NCBI RefSeq assembly: GCF_011745625.1
Contig: NW_027191468.1
Coordinates: 1-64,000 of the forward strand
DNA: 64,000 nt
Reading direction: 5' to 3'
Source: Cladosporium halotolerans
Taxonomy: Eukaryota
In this document: one piece after another, positions 1 to 12,900 of the stretch
How positions within the stretch are numbered: position 1 is the first letter of the stretch
Layout: each line of letters opens with the position of its first letter
The notes under the pieces: generated by a model
The model's database searches: none
Seen by the model: the letters and a program-made list of their open reading frames with translations, nothing else
Told to the model about the DNA's origin: nothing
Translations under genes and position numbers: made by a program

Positions 1-1010
1 CTCAACCCCCACAGGCCCCAACCCCCCCCCCCCCCCCCCAAACCTCCCCACCCAGCCCGCCGGCCTCGCATCCCCAAAACTCCACGCAACCGCCCACCTC
101 ACCGTCTTCCTGCCCCCCGCCAGATTCGCCACCGCGTAATTCCCCACCCCCTCCGCGCGCAGCGCCTCCACCACGCTCCGCAGGCTCGCCAGCCGCCCCA
201 GCATGCAGCTGTACCACGCCACGCGCTCGCGCAGCCGCAGGCTCTCGGCCAGGATGCGCAGCGCGAAGCCCGCGTCGCCGCCGGCGCAGAGCATTTCGTT
301 CGGCGCGCCGGAGCAGACTGCCGAGGGCGGGTGGGTTTTGGAGGCGGTTGCGCGCGCGTGGTCGGCGGCCGAGGCGTAGAAGGGGGGGTTGCAGACTGTG
401 AAGGATAGGGGGAGGGTTTCTTCCGGGATGAGGGGGGAGGTGGGGGAAGGGGAGGCGTGGAGTTTTATGCGGGCGGAGAGGGCGTTGGCGGCGATGTTGC
501 GCTGGGCGTGGTGCAGGGAGTGGGGGTCGATGTCGGTCGCGTGCATTGTTGTTGTTGCGGTGGAGGCGCAGGCGAGGAGGGCGTAGATTGCGGAGGCGCC
601 GGTGCCGATGTCGAGGCCTTTGAGGGGGTGGGTTGGTTTGGTGGGCTTGAGGGTGGTGGTTGTTGAGGGGTCTGTGGTGGCGAGGAGGTCGTGCAGCCAG
701 CGGATGTAGTTCCAGCGGACGGGGACTGGGGGGCAGAGACGGTCGGGAGGGAGCGTGAGGGTTAGGTTGAAGTCGCGCGCGAGGAGGGAGCGGGTGAGTT
801 GTCTGTTGGTTGGAGGTTAGATTCTGGGGTTGTAGTTGTGGGCTTGTTGATCATTGTGGCTTACTGCAATGCTAAAGGATCTTGCCAGTCGATGCGGCCG
901 TCGTTTGAGGCGAGTAGCGCGGCAAAGTCTTCATCTTGCGCGGCGAGCGCTTTGAAGTCGATGTCTTCTTTGTAGTATGGCCGCAGTGTTTGAGGTTGAG
1001 TCTCGGCCAT
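1..1010 (-). CDS. METTL16: U6 snRNA m6A methyltransferase, METTL16/RlmF family (3' end runs off the window)
   Basis: ATG at 1010 (MAETQPQTLRPYYKEDIDFKALA); intron 803-864 (GTAAGC...CTAAC...CAG). Exon 2 reads QLTRSLLARDFNL..DRLCPPVPVRWNYIRWLHDLL, SAM motif GLDIGTGASAIY and catalytic CNPPFY. Confidence 0.9.
22..39. repeat. poly-C homopolymer (18 nt) inside the METTL16 CDS
   Basis: Seen directly; reads as poly-G/Gly on the coding strand. Run length may be unreliable. Confidence 0.85.
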
Positions 1011-1234
1011 GGTTTGTGGGTTGAATAAAGTTGATGGAGGGTGATGAAAGGTGATCAGTAGGATGTGGTACTTCGATGAGGTTGACGTGAGTGAAGAACT
1101 GCTCAAAATTCAAGAACACGCTAGCACGGAGAAAAGAAAAGCATTCACGTGAAACTCGTGAAGGAAGTGAAGACTTCAGGCATGATCGCGGCCGACATAT
1201 GCTGTTTGACTAAACTCTGGGATTAGCCCCACCT

Positions 1235-1249
1235 TAACCCTAACCCTAA
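1235..1249 (+). repeat. interstitial telomeric repeat TAACCCTAACCCTAA (telo-box or template-like)
   Basis: 2.5 copies of the C-strand of TTAGGG, about 225 nt upstream of the METTL16 ATG. Confidence 0.8.
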
Positions 1250-2190
1250 TGTCTGACCTCACTTCCAACACGACTCGAGTCCTGACCTCGCAGGACGCAA
1301 CTGAAGTTGGAACTTGATGCAGCTGCCGATTGCGGGTGGAAAGATATTCTCGCAATTATAGTCACCGTTTAAACGCATCGACGTTTCGTTTCTAAGCCGC
1401 AATCGCTGAGTTCCAACAGCGAGGTGCAAGGTCTCGACACCTTGGACAATTGCACTCGAGAACGAGTGCTTCACGCTCGAGCGCAGGTGCCTGCTCATGG
1501 AGACTCGAGAAGCTCTGACGACTTTTCTAGCAGAAGCTTGGAGAAAACAGCTCACAGACATGGAAGCACCCACTTTGCCCAAGTCAAATCGAGTCACGCC
1601 GTACTTGCAAGACATATCAAGAAAGTAACAAAAGTCGAGTCCCTAAAAGCGCGCACCTAATTTTGGCAGCACCCGGGCCAATTGGCTGATTGAGAAGTTC
1701 TTCCACTTCGCATGTCCAAATCTAAATTTTGAATTTCTCAAAACTCTGGGAAGCTTTCAAACTCTGGAAATCCCAGAAATCCAAAATCCAGGGGTCCCGG
1801 GATCCCAAGCCTTCCAGGTTCCACAAACGAAAGCTGCGCCCCAAGGTCCGCAGCTAGCCGCGGCGGTGATCAGACCAATTAAAAGGTTGCGATTTCCACA
1901 ACATCAGGACTTTCGCAGCCAGCATTAGAAGAACACTGAGGAGAATGGGCACGTCGTCGAGCGGAGTATGAAAGTCAAGGTCAGACAGAACACTAGATGA
2001 TAAGATGAATACTCCTGAACCGCCTGTTGCCCAGCCCAAGCTATATCACAAACTACAATAGATAAAGAAAAGAACCAACTTTCGAAATCGCCCCGATAGC
2101 GCCTCCCAAAGCGATCGATAGAGAAAAGACTTTCCAAAATAGATTCTACAAAAAACAATCCCTTCCTCACCCTCAGACCCCTCAAAGAAT

Positions 2191-5100
2191 CTAAAGCTGC
2201 CCGCTCAAAATCGCCTCCGTAGCACTACCGATATACTGCCTCTTGCCATCCATCGGCACGCCGAAGCGCCTCTCCAGCTCCGCCTTGATGCTCTTCTTCG
2301 TGACCGTCATGAGATCCGCCGTGCGCAGGATCTCCCTGATCTCGGCCAGGATCGCGTCGTCGGACGGGAGATCCGCCGCAGCGACGCCGCCGCCGGCGCC
2401 GAAATCCATCTCCGAGCCGGAGTAGTTGCGCTGCGCGCCGCCGAAGGCGCCCTCGGAGGGCGCGAGGGACAGGCGCGAGCCGTTGTAGGGGATGGCGCCG
2501 GGGAGGCCGAGGGCGGAGGCGGAGCGGGAGGGCGGGCCGGGGTAGGCGTTGAGGTCGTAGACGGACGGGGTGGCGGCGCCCGGGTGGAAGGACTTGGTGG
2601 CGTAGGAGTAGCCGGAGACTTCGGAGCGGGTATCGTCGGCGCCGCGGGAGGTCTGGGCGTCCCAGAGCTCGGCCTGGTACTCCTCCCACTTCTTCTTGGG
2701 GATGGAGTCCGGGTCGAACTTGCCCTCGTCAGAGAGCAGGATCTGCTTGCCGTTGTCGCCGGTGACCATGCGGGTGTTGCCCCAGGAGAAGTCGTCCATG
2801 TGCCAGAAGGAGTAGAGGGGCAGGGCGCAGGAGAAGATGGGCGTGGCGACGATGTAGATGAGCATCCAGCCGATCATCTCCCACTTGCGGCGCACGATGA
2901 AGATGATCGCCTGCAAGCCGTAGATAGCGGCGAGCAGGATGAAGGTCGTGATCGGTACGGTCGAGGGGTTGCGAATCACCATGACGATGAGGTAGGCGAT
3001 GTAGCCGACGATGACGGGCTGGACGACGGTGGAGAGGAGGTCGAGGAAGACGACGAAGCGCATGGAGAAACAGCAGAAACCGCAGAGTTGCTGCAGGGGG
3101 ATGAGCTCCATCAGGTTGTGCACGGTACTGTTGATCCAGCGACGACGCTGAGACATGAACACCGCCCAGCTGTCGGGAGCGATAGTCCAGGCATGGGCGC
3201 GCATGATGTACTTGGTCTTGAACTTCGGGTGGTACTTGAGGAGAAGAGTCGTGAGATAACGATCTTCTCCGAGGTGGAGCAGGTTCTTCGTGTGCAGCGT
3301 GTCAACACGGACAACGGAGTAGTCCTCGACAATCTCGCGTGACACGAAGAGAGGCTTGCCAGAGTCTGCAGCGCGGATGCGGTACATCGAGAAACAACCG
3401 GGCAGACAAGTAACGGATCCGAAGAGGGATTCGAAGGCCTTTGTCAGGTTGTGCGAGATGTAGTATTCGTAGACCTGCATCATTGTGACGAACGACGATT
3501 TTGCATTGGTGAGCGCCGTTTCACCACAGCATGCAATAAGTCTGGTGTCGTGGAGGAAGGACGCAATGAAGCGCGTAGCGGAGTCGGGAGCCACGACCGT
3601 ATCGGCGTCAATCTGCAGCAGGAACTCGTAAAAAGTCGGATTCACACCAATGACGTTGCGGATTTGGTGGTGAAGTTCGAGTTCGAGTGGAGTCATGGGG
3701 AGGTTGTAGTGCACGCGGTTGAGGAAGCGCATCAGAATCATCTGAGAGTCACGCTTACCACGGTTACCAGGCCTGAGAGTATTGGTTAGCTTGTGTTATA
3801 CTTGATAGAAGCAGCGGCACTTACTTCGAAACCTCAGAAGGCTTTCCGACCTTGCTGACAACGATGAAGGGAACAATGTGACCCTGCACTTCATAGAGAC
3901 CGGAGTAGACTTTGCCCATGTTGTGCTGCTTCTGACCCTCTCCGAGAGACTCGAAGCTGAGCGGTTCCGGATCCACGTTCTCCGGCACGCCCAGAATGTC
4001 GAGCACGATGCGAGGGGTCGGCCTGTCGTTGCCCTGTCCGATAATCATACCGTCACAGACGATGAACAGGAGTTTGCGCTTGTCGTCGTACCGCATGCGG
4101 GCGGCGGAGTCGATGGCACGACGAAGGGACTCCTCGTCTTCCGTGTACGCGGGAACAGTGCAGATCAAGAATTTGTCGAGGTTCTCAGGCATGTTCTTGC
4201 CGCCGAATTGGAGCGCCGCCAGGAACTTCGCGCAAATGACTGTGACGAGCAGAAGCGAGACTGCAAGCAGGATGTATGTTGCGAAGAGACACTGCGGCGA
4301 GTTACGCGTGTCGAGGTCGCCAACGTAGAAGAGGTTGTCCATGCAGGTCTGCATGCGGTTGCGGAGGCCGATATCCATGGGGAGAGCATCCCAGTATTGC
4401 GAGACGTCCTGACCAGAACGCTGCTGGAACAGGTCGACGACGTTCTTATCCATGAAGTTGGTATCGGGGTTGGTGTCAGGCCGGTTCGTGCCCTCGGGAT
4501 ACTTAGTCGTCCGGCCGCCAGCGACGTACTGAGTGAAATCGTAGATGCGGTTGTTGAGGATTGCAATCGAGCTGTCCTTTTCGCCGAGTGTTTTGACGTA
4601 CTCGGCAGAGTAGCCCACATTTCCCTTGCGGTAGTTGCCCTGGAGGTAGATCATTTGCTCCTGGAACCAAGCAGGGCGAGAATCGTTAGTCCACCAACGG
4701 AAGTCGTGGTACTGTGCATTGGGATCAAGGTCGCTGAGAGCCGAGTTGCTGCCACTGTAGTTGGTGCTCTGGTAGGTCAGCTGCACCGCCGGGTCGATAC
4801 CATCCTCACTGGTTCCCTGGCACATAGCAGAGACCTGGATGGGGAAGAGGTTGGTAGCATCCTTGCCAGCGTATTTCTTGAGAGACTTTTGCGGAATGAT
4901 CTGCGGGTAATGGACAGGCATGAACTTGTCCAGGTCAAAGACGATACCACGAATTGCAGTGTAGGCCTTGTTGCCGTCCTCGCCATCGTTTGCCGAGAGC
5001 TCCTCAGGACTGTACACGTGCTGAGTAGGGCAGATCAGAGCCGGGAGACCAATCATGAAAAAGATGACGAAGGCGCAGAAAAACCAGATGATGATGTTGA

Positions 5101-7970
5101 TGGCGAACTTCTCGCGCCACGCGACGCAGATGTCCTTACGAGGCATCCGACCAACCCAGCGGACCAGGATGTCCGGGACCCAAAATGTCAGAGCCCAGAC
5201 GAACACCAGCCAGCGCTTCCTGCTATTGGACACGGGCAAGACTTCGACTTCTTGCTCTTTCACCTCGTTGCCCTTCTCTGCCATCTGAGAGCGAGTTTCC
5301 AAATTACGGAACATGTCGCCCTCGCGGAACGCAGAAGCACCGGCCTCGCTTTTGGCGTCCATGTCTCTGCTGCCGAAGTATCCAGCAGCCTTGTCATCAT
5401 AGTAGTTGCCAGAGCCGGGTGTACCGAGCAGGGAGACCTTGGGATCACCAAAGCCGCGTTTGGTGCCAGCAGCACCTTCAGTCTCGCCGTAAGGTGTGTC
5501 GTCCGGGTATCTCGATGGAGCCTCGTCCAAGTCAGTGACGCGGGCGATTTGTCGCCAGCAGCGCTCGCTGAGGAAGACGCCGGTAGCGCCAACCCTAGCT
5601 TCATTGCTGGGCCAGCTCTTGTCGTCGACGATCATTTCGGCCTTCTCTTGCTCTGTGCCAACGACGCTCACTTCGCCCTCAGCATTGCCCAAGAACTCGC
5701 CAAACGGCATGAATATGTTGAAGTCCGCGTTGCGAAGTCTCTGGCTGATCTCTGCAATACCCAGAGTCTGGATCTGCGTCCTGACACACTTGCTGTCAAA
5801 CTGGTTGGCGATGCGCCTGTCGTTCGGCTTCAGGCAGAACACAAAGTAGGGGTTTGTGTTGGGAGCCGAGAGGTACTTGGTGATGTTGTCAAGGGATGCA
5901 AGGAATTGTCCAGCGGATGCTTGACCTTGCTCCGCGCCAGGCTTGGTCCGCGAAACGCTTCGGTTGTTTTCATCGCTGCTCCTTTCACCTTCCTTGTGCG
6001 TGCCAAAACGCCCGGGGCCGCCTGCCTTTCGCCTTGCCATAGAAGGCATGCGAGAAGGCTTGGAGGCGACGGAGGCCTGGGTGACGGCATTGTTGTCCTT
6101 AGGGTGCACAACCTTGTTCAGAGCATCCTGGTGGAAAAGCTCGGCGACAAAAGACGAAGACGAGGAGTTTACGAGGTTCATCAGGTCGCCGCTGATGGCA
6201 TCTCCGTTGGCCTCAATCAGTCCCTCAGCGGTGTAGTCAACCTCTCCAGCGAAATGACGAATAGTGAATCCTGCTGATGCGTTGGGCGTGGCGAAGTTGC
6301 TGCCAGGGATAGTGGTAGTGGCGCTGCCGACTTCGATAGCCGGGTTCTTGTCCTGGAAACGTCTGCGGATGGCGTCGAGGAACTGCTCATCAGTCTTGCC
6401 TCGCCTTGTCTGGTCATCAAGGATGCTGAGAAGACCGTTGCCAGGCTTCAGAAGACCCTTGACAGCATCGCCGTTGTCGAAGTAGCTGGTCGCAGGGACT
6501 TGCACCTCCTCTGTTTCAAGGAGATCAGCCTTGCGCTCGAAGAAGCTGTGCAGACAGAAGTTGTATAGCGACTCAGTAGCTGCGTTGTTGAGCAGTTGGT
6601 CTAGCGCGCTGTTTGTGGAAGCACCCTGAGCGAAGCCAGGGAAATCGACAATGGAAACGGTGTTGCCGACGGACTCCTCAGGCGCGCAGATCTTCTGGTT
6701 GACGCGCTCCATGATAAATGCCACCATCAAGCTGTACAGAGTTTGCGCAAGCTCGTCGGCGTTTTCACGGGCACCCTTGGGATCAAGCATCACTGTCACG
6801 CGCTCACGGTGCAGAATCTTGGTCTTGTAACCGAGTGAGGCCTCAAGGTCGTGCTCGCGCACACCCAAGAATGCAGCGACGACGTCAAGGACATCCTTGT
6901 TCTTTACCACTGTCACTTCTTCGCCACCTTCGTGGCCATAACCACCGCTCTCATCTGCAGCAGGTGTGGTGGACTGGGTTGTGTGGAACTCCAGCTGTCC
7001 AATGTGCAGAATTGCCGCAAGGACCTCGCAGATGTGAGCAATTTCGTCTCGCGGGAATTCCAATTTGCGCAGAGCAGTTTTGAAGTGCTGGAAGCCTTCC
7101 GAGTCGTTGACGCCAACCTTCAGCTGCGAAGGGTGTCCGAGGTATCTCCATCTCTTCTGACCGCCGGCGAGGGATGATCTGTTTCCTGTGCCAGATGTGA
7201 TGCTCGTTCCGAGATCAAGACCGAGATGCTCCTTCTCGGCGGGCGAAGTGCCTGCAAGAAGATAGTAGAGAACGTGGAAGTTGCGCTCTCCGGGAGGAAC
7301 TGTGGAAATTCTGCTGCGCTCTAGCCTGTGATCGAGAACTTTTCCGCCAATTAATGTAGGGTGTAGGGCGGCAGAAGTCTCGTATTGTAGTTCGAAAAAC
7401 AATCCAGCTTTGGATGCAGTGGGTGTTGTGGTTGACTTGGTGGTAGTCAGAGTGTCGAAAACGAATGCGGCGAATGACAGCTTCTTCGACAGAGGTGTTG
7501 CTGAATATTCGAGGATTGCAGAAAGGAGGTGTGATCTCAAAGTCGTTTTACCGGCGCCGGTCTCGCCACTGCCAATCTGTTAGTATACCTCAGATGATAT
7601 GCAAGGTGTCACGAGACTTTGTTGATTCGCAAATTCCCCGATCACCCAAAGCCTCCATCTCATCTTCCTGGCAGCATTTGGAGACTTACAGATAAACGGC
7701 AGCCTGGTTTTCCTGCCTGGTTCCAAGTCTAGTCCAGATCCTGCTGGCCAGCTCCTCCATCGAGCCCATTGCCGAGCCCTCTTTGGCACCATTGGGACCC
7801 CTCGTCGAAGAGGTGTAGGTGTTGATGGAGATGACCGCTTGGCTGGACAGGTTGGACACGGGCAGGTGTGCATGGTATCGGGATGCGATGTGACTCGTGA
7901 GACCGGTGTCGCTTTGGTTGTGTGCGGGCAGGGCGACGAGGTTCGCCTGCGAATGCGGAGTGGAGGCCAT
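2191..7970 (-). CDS. csmA: class V chitin synthase with myosin motor domain
   Basis: Exons 7970-7690, 7568-3825, 3772-2191. P-loop GETGAGKT just after intron 1; cytochrome b5-like segments; GT2 motifs QIDAD, LGEDRYL and QRRRW; C-terminal DEK_C ([15 protein letters not shown]..). Confidence 0.96.
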
Positions 7971-9919
7971 GGTTGATCGAGCCCGGCCTTTACGGCCTTG
8001 TGGTGTGCGAGGACAACAGGTCGATTATGTGTAGTGTATTGTATTGCAAATTGCTCTCGGTATTCGTCGGCTCGCTAGCCGGTGGGAGTGTAGAGTCGAA
8101 GGTGAATTACGGTGTGGGTGAGATGCTCAGTCCCGCGGCTCCTGAGGGCAGGAGTAATGGCAGGGTAAGCGGTATTGGCGGGACGGCGAGGTGTGCGCCC
8201 GGCTTGGGTCAGCAACGCGTACAACGAGTGTGGTAGAGAGTGAAGGCAGAAGAGGCGTTGGCGGCGGCGGAGACGGGTGGTGACAGCAGAACGCGGACAA
8301 GCAGTCGGCCGCGTGCTGGCGTGGGAAAGTCTCAGCGGCGTGTTGATGGCAGCAGCTCAGGCACAAGCATGGCACCCTTCGAGACGCCCACCGACTGCCT
8401 CCTGGCCCGCTAGTGGAGTGCTAGTGCCGCACCCGCGCACGTCCCGCCGCGATCAGGCCCGCGCGAGGCTATACTTGAACACGCTACGCCACTATGGATA
8501 TACACAGTACGAGCACTTGCTCGCCCGCCCGCTCGCCTGCCGCGCTCGCCACCGCATGACGGCCACAATGCCATCGTCCGGCTCTGCGCTGCCGTCCCAC
8601 GACATGCGAGCGTAGTGCAAACCTCCGCACGCTCGTCGGAACAGTACAACAGCACAGCACAGCAGCAACAGGCGGTCCGGCTGGCCTCTCCTCCTCCACC
8701 CGCCCCCAGATTCCCGGGATGGGATGGAATTGCTGGCGCGATCCTCACCAATTTCGCGAATCTTATTCCTCCGAGAGCGAAGACCCTCTTCCAGCGTCGC
8801 CCTCCGCCTACAGTACAGTAGTGCTAGCACAACTAGGTAGTGCACAACGCTCTAACGCTTCTCTTCGCTCGGCTCGTGGCTGCGCGACTCGTGTGCGTGC
8901 GTGCATACATACATACATACCGTGCATACATACCACCACGCTGATCTGATATTCCACCCGTCCCGTGCATCGCTCCCGCCGCCACCCTCCGGCAGGTCTG
9001 AGATTCTGTCGTATTCCGGCGGCCACACGCAGCCGAGCGCGGGCGTGCACACGACCTGATGCTGGCCCGTGACGCGTAATGGAGCAGCGGTGCGGCCGAC
9101 CCCTCGTCATGCTCAGGCCGTCAGGGCAGCTTTTAGAAGCCGTTGGGACGCGGCGAGGCGCCCAGAAATAGACGCCTGCGAGAGGCCAGTGGCGAGTCGG
9201 CCATTAGCAGCGGCCCACACTGCCTGCTGCCCGCCGAAGCTTAGTCCAGACTGTGTGTGATGTTCTCACATCCTCATATTCTCTGATGCGAGACACGCGC
9301 GACACTCGCAGCACCCGCCCGTGGCCGTCGCTCTGCTCAGCTCGCGGTCGCCATTATTGTTGGTGCCGCGCGCCTCCTGTCGACTCGCCAAATAGCCTTC
9401 TGTCTCCCCGCCAGCCGTAGCTTATTAGAGCTGGCGAGCTGCATGAGGTACCGTACACCTTAACCTGCTGATCCGTGTTGTCCAAGAGACCAGGAAGCGT
9501 CCTGCAAGCCCCAAAAAAAGCCTCTCCCGCTGGATCGCCGTCCCCACTAGCCTCAAACGTGCCGGCGAGGGCTACGCGGGCGCTCGGACCACTCTCCCTC
9601 TACTGCTCGGTACACACGCTACTACCGGCTGCTTCTGTCTGCCAGTCTCGCCTTCGCAGTCGCTGCTCACACACAGTGCCACTGGCATCACACTCGCGAT
9701 CAATCGCTTCATACATCCCACAGCCTCCCATCCGGTTGTCATTCGCTTGACTGGATCGGACACCGGCGCCCGGCCACCCATCGCTTGGCCACGCCTCCTT
9801 TCTGCTTACTCCAAACAATTCGACCCTTAATCGCACCTGCACACCCACGCCGCGCTGCGTCCTTCCTCTGAACGCACTCCATCACATACAGCCCTGCGAG
9901 GGCTCCTCGACCTTCCGCC
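7971..9919. promoter_or_regulatory. shared divergent promoter region of class V and class VII chitin synthases
   Basis: About 1.95 kb between head-to-head ATGs at 7970 (-) and 9920 (+); no credible CDS inside. Confidence 0.75.
8904..8920. repeat. (CATA)4 microsatellite
   Basis: catacatacatacatac seen directly. Confidence 0.7.
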
Positions 9920-12900
9920 ATGGCGAGCAGGATGTCGCACTACTCGACTGGCTCCGGCTTACACAACAGCCGGACCAACACCATGCAGGCCTCGATGCAG
10001 TCCGCTCAGGTCTCCACCACCACCCTTCTGAACGCTTTGCACAATGCCTATTCGTCTGGCCAACCATATGCCCTGGAATCTAGCACGAGCTTGGTTGTCA
10101 ACACCTGGGTATCAGCAAGCCAGACTGGCCCTGATGGAAGAGTTGGCGGGACTGTGGACGTCGAGCTGGCTCGTCGCTCGTGGGAACATGCACGGAGGCG
10201 AGCTGAAGATTCGGCCATCGTTTTGGGGTAGGCCACATTCAAACTCCTGCGATTACTTTCGTTCTTGCTGACATTGCCACAGATCACTGCACCGATCGAC
10301 CCCGTCGCTTCTCGCACCTTTCGTTTCCGCTCTGCCTCTTTCCGTCCCGGGCACCTTTTACACCGCCCTTAATGCTCTGAAGCCTTTCCTCCACACCGCT
10401 ACACCCTACAACCCTTCTCTTCCAAGGTATTCGGCTCTGTCGGCATCCTTCGCTCTCAACCTTACCGGCGAAATCACTGGTGCTTCCCTCAGCCTCTCCA
10501 CTTCCGGCATTGACACCAACGCCGGTCTGCTCAACGTGCCGTCCGAGCAGGGCCACCGCGCGTTCGATGTATTCTACTACCTTTTGACAAGCGCATCTTC
10601 TGCCGAGCGCGAATTTTTGGGCCTCAAGGCTCCTCAAAAGTACACCCTTCTCCGCCGCAGCGACACATACGGTCCTCCGCTTTACCTGCCCACTGCCGAT
10701 GATACCGCTTCCGCCGATGATTTCCGCGAGTCCTTGAAAGCTATTGGAATCAAGGGCGAATCATTGCGTAATCTGCTCTCAACTGTCGCCGCGCTTCTGA
10801 GACTCGGCGATGGCGTCGGATTTCTGGTGGACGAGGAAGAGCTCGAAGCTGTGTGCGAAGAAGTGTCTGGACTCCTGGACATTGACCCAGAGGTTCTCCT
10901 GAGAAAATGTGCTACTGAAGAGAGGGAAGTGTTGGTTGCGGCAATCTACGAGGCGCTCGTCGACTGGGTCATCGTGAAAGCGAACGAGGCCATCAAATAT
11001 GAGATGCAGAGCGGAAGGGCCCTCGGATCCAGCAGTGGAAGCGATGTGGACGTACCCACGCCTCCCAGCAGCCACGATGACGGCGACAGCGTCAGCATCA
11101 CTGTCATTGATGTCCCTAGCCAAGAGCTCGGCAAGGCGCTCAGCTTGAAGACAGTCTTCGACGACAGCACAGGCATCAACGCCGAGATGAGAGAAGACGG
11201 CGTGCCAAGCCTTCCTGCCGGCTCCTCCGTGATCCGCGAGATGAACCAGGCAGTCTCGAATCAATCGGCGGACCTGGAAATCAACGACACCCCGGCGGCA
11301 AGGGCTCGCGAGAACGAGCTTGACCGCCGCCAAGGAGCGCTCGAGAAGGTCGGCGCTGAGACAGAAGCCGACAGCTTCCTCCGACGCATCCTGTACCCTG
11401 TCGATGGAAGCGGTATTCTTCTCGGCAAAACCGGCCGTTTCAGCTTGCCCAACGTGCTCGCGAGCAGCAGGGCCTGGTTCCAGCTTTGCCTTCACCCAAG
11501 TGACGATTTGCCTGCATCTCTTGCCAACCGCTCGCCTCCGAATCTCTCTTGGTCCGCCGGCTCAGTGTCTGGCCAGATCCGTTTCTGGAGGCTGCCCGAG
11601 TGGGCGAACCATAGGAACAAGCAGCTTGACTTTACGGCCGATTTTGACATCGACGAGTTCGTAGACCGCTACAGCAGACTGGGCTGCCAAGCCGGTCGCG
11701 ATGGCGTTGAAAGCTGGATCATGGAACGAGGCTGGAGCAACGGCGAGGTTGTCATTGGCAACGAGCGTGTCTGGATTCGCGAATCAGCCTGGTGGGAAGC
11801 TGAGTGCATGCTGGACATGAAGCCCGATGACGCTGTTGCAGGCGGCATGATGGGCGGAATGATGGACAACGGCTACTCCGTTCAGACGCCCGCTCCACTT
11901 GAAAATCCCTTCTATGGTGGCTCCCAATACGGCGAGTCGCGAGACAACCTCGTCAGCAGGGCTCCCAGCCTTGCAGCGCCCAGCCGTCTTGGAGCGGCTT
12001 CAATGGCTCCGACTGCCATGAGGAACGCCAGCGGCGGTGACTACGGTCTTGGTCACAAGGGTGACGACAAGCATCAAGATGTCACCTATTACGGCGAGCT
12101 CGATGGTGATCTCGCTGACGGCAAGCACGTGGTCGAAGAGCCTGTGACCTTCAGCCGCCGCGCCTGGGTGGCCTTCGCATACGCCTTGACTTTCTGGATC
12201 CCTGCATTCGTGTTGAAGTACGTTGGACGTATGAAGCGGCCCGACGTGCGCCTGGCGTGGCGTGAGAAGGTCGCTCTCATGTTCCTGATCGCGTTGATGA
12301 ACGGCATTGTCATCTTCTACATCATTTTCTTCGGTAAACTTCTCTGCCCCAACTCCGACAAAGCCTGGAACCAGAAGGAAGTCGGCTACCACCAGGGTGA
12401 CAACGATTGGTACGTCTCCTGGAAGGGCGGCGTCTACGATTTGACCAAATTCTGGAAACTACAGCATTCGGATACTGCTATTGAGACCACCGAAGAAATG
12501 ATGGAGCCCTTCGCTGGTGCGAATGTTGACAACATCTTCCCTGTCCCTCTCTACCAAGCTTGCCAAGGCTTTGGGGTAACCGACGGTATCACGTTGACTG
12601 CTAACAACACTCCGACCAACCCGCTTGCTATCCACAAGTCAGGACCGAGGGCCCAGACCGACCCAAACACGAAGCTGAACAATGCGAACTGGTATCAGGA
12701 CAACCTCGTCCCTCGGATGAAGGAATACTACAAGGGTGATCTGGTGGTCAAGAAGAAGAACGTCAAGAGCGAAGGTCAAGACGAGGATCACAAGTGGTTC
12801 ATTCTTGACGACGTGATTTACGACTTGACGGACTACTTCCACACGATCGATCTCATGGACAACTACCCGGGCTATGATTTCCTGCCCGAGACCGTGACAG

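Noticed and set aside
3878..6277. 799-aa + strand ORF, and similar long antisense ORFs at 12639-13835, 33565-34524, 39577-40599 and 49719-50723
   Set aside because: Antisense shadows of strongly codon-biased genes; no domain-like content.
7971..9919. RlmA/Crz1-type binding sites in the chitin synthase promoter
   Set aside because: Only partial matches to short degenerate motifs; cannot be distinguished from chance.
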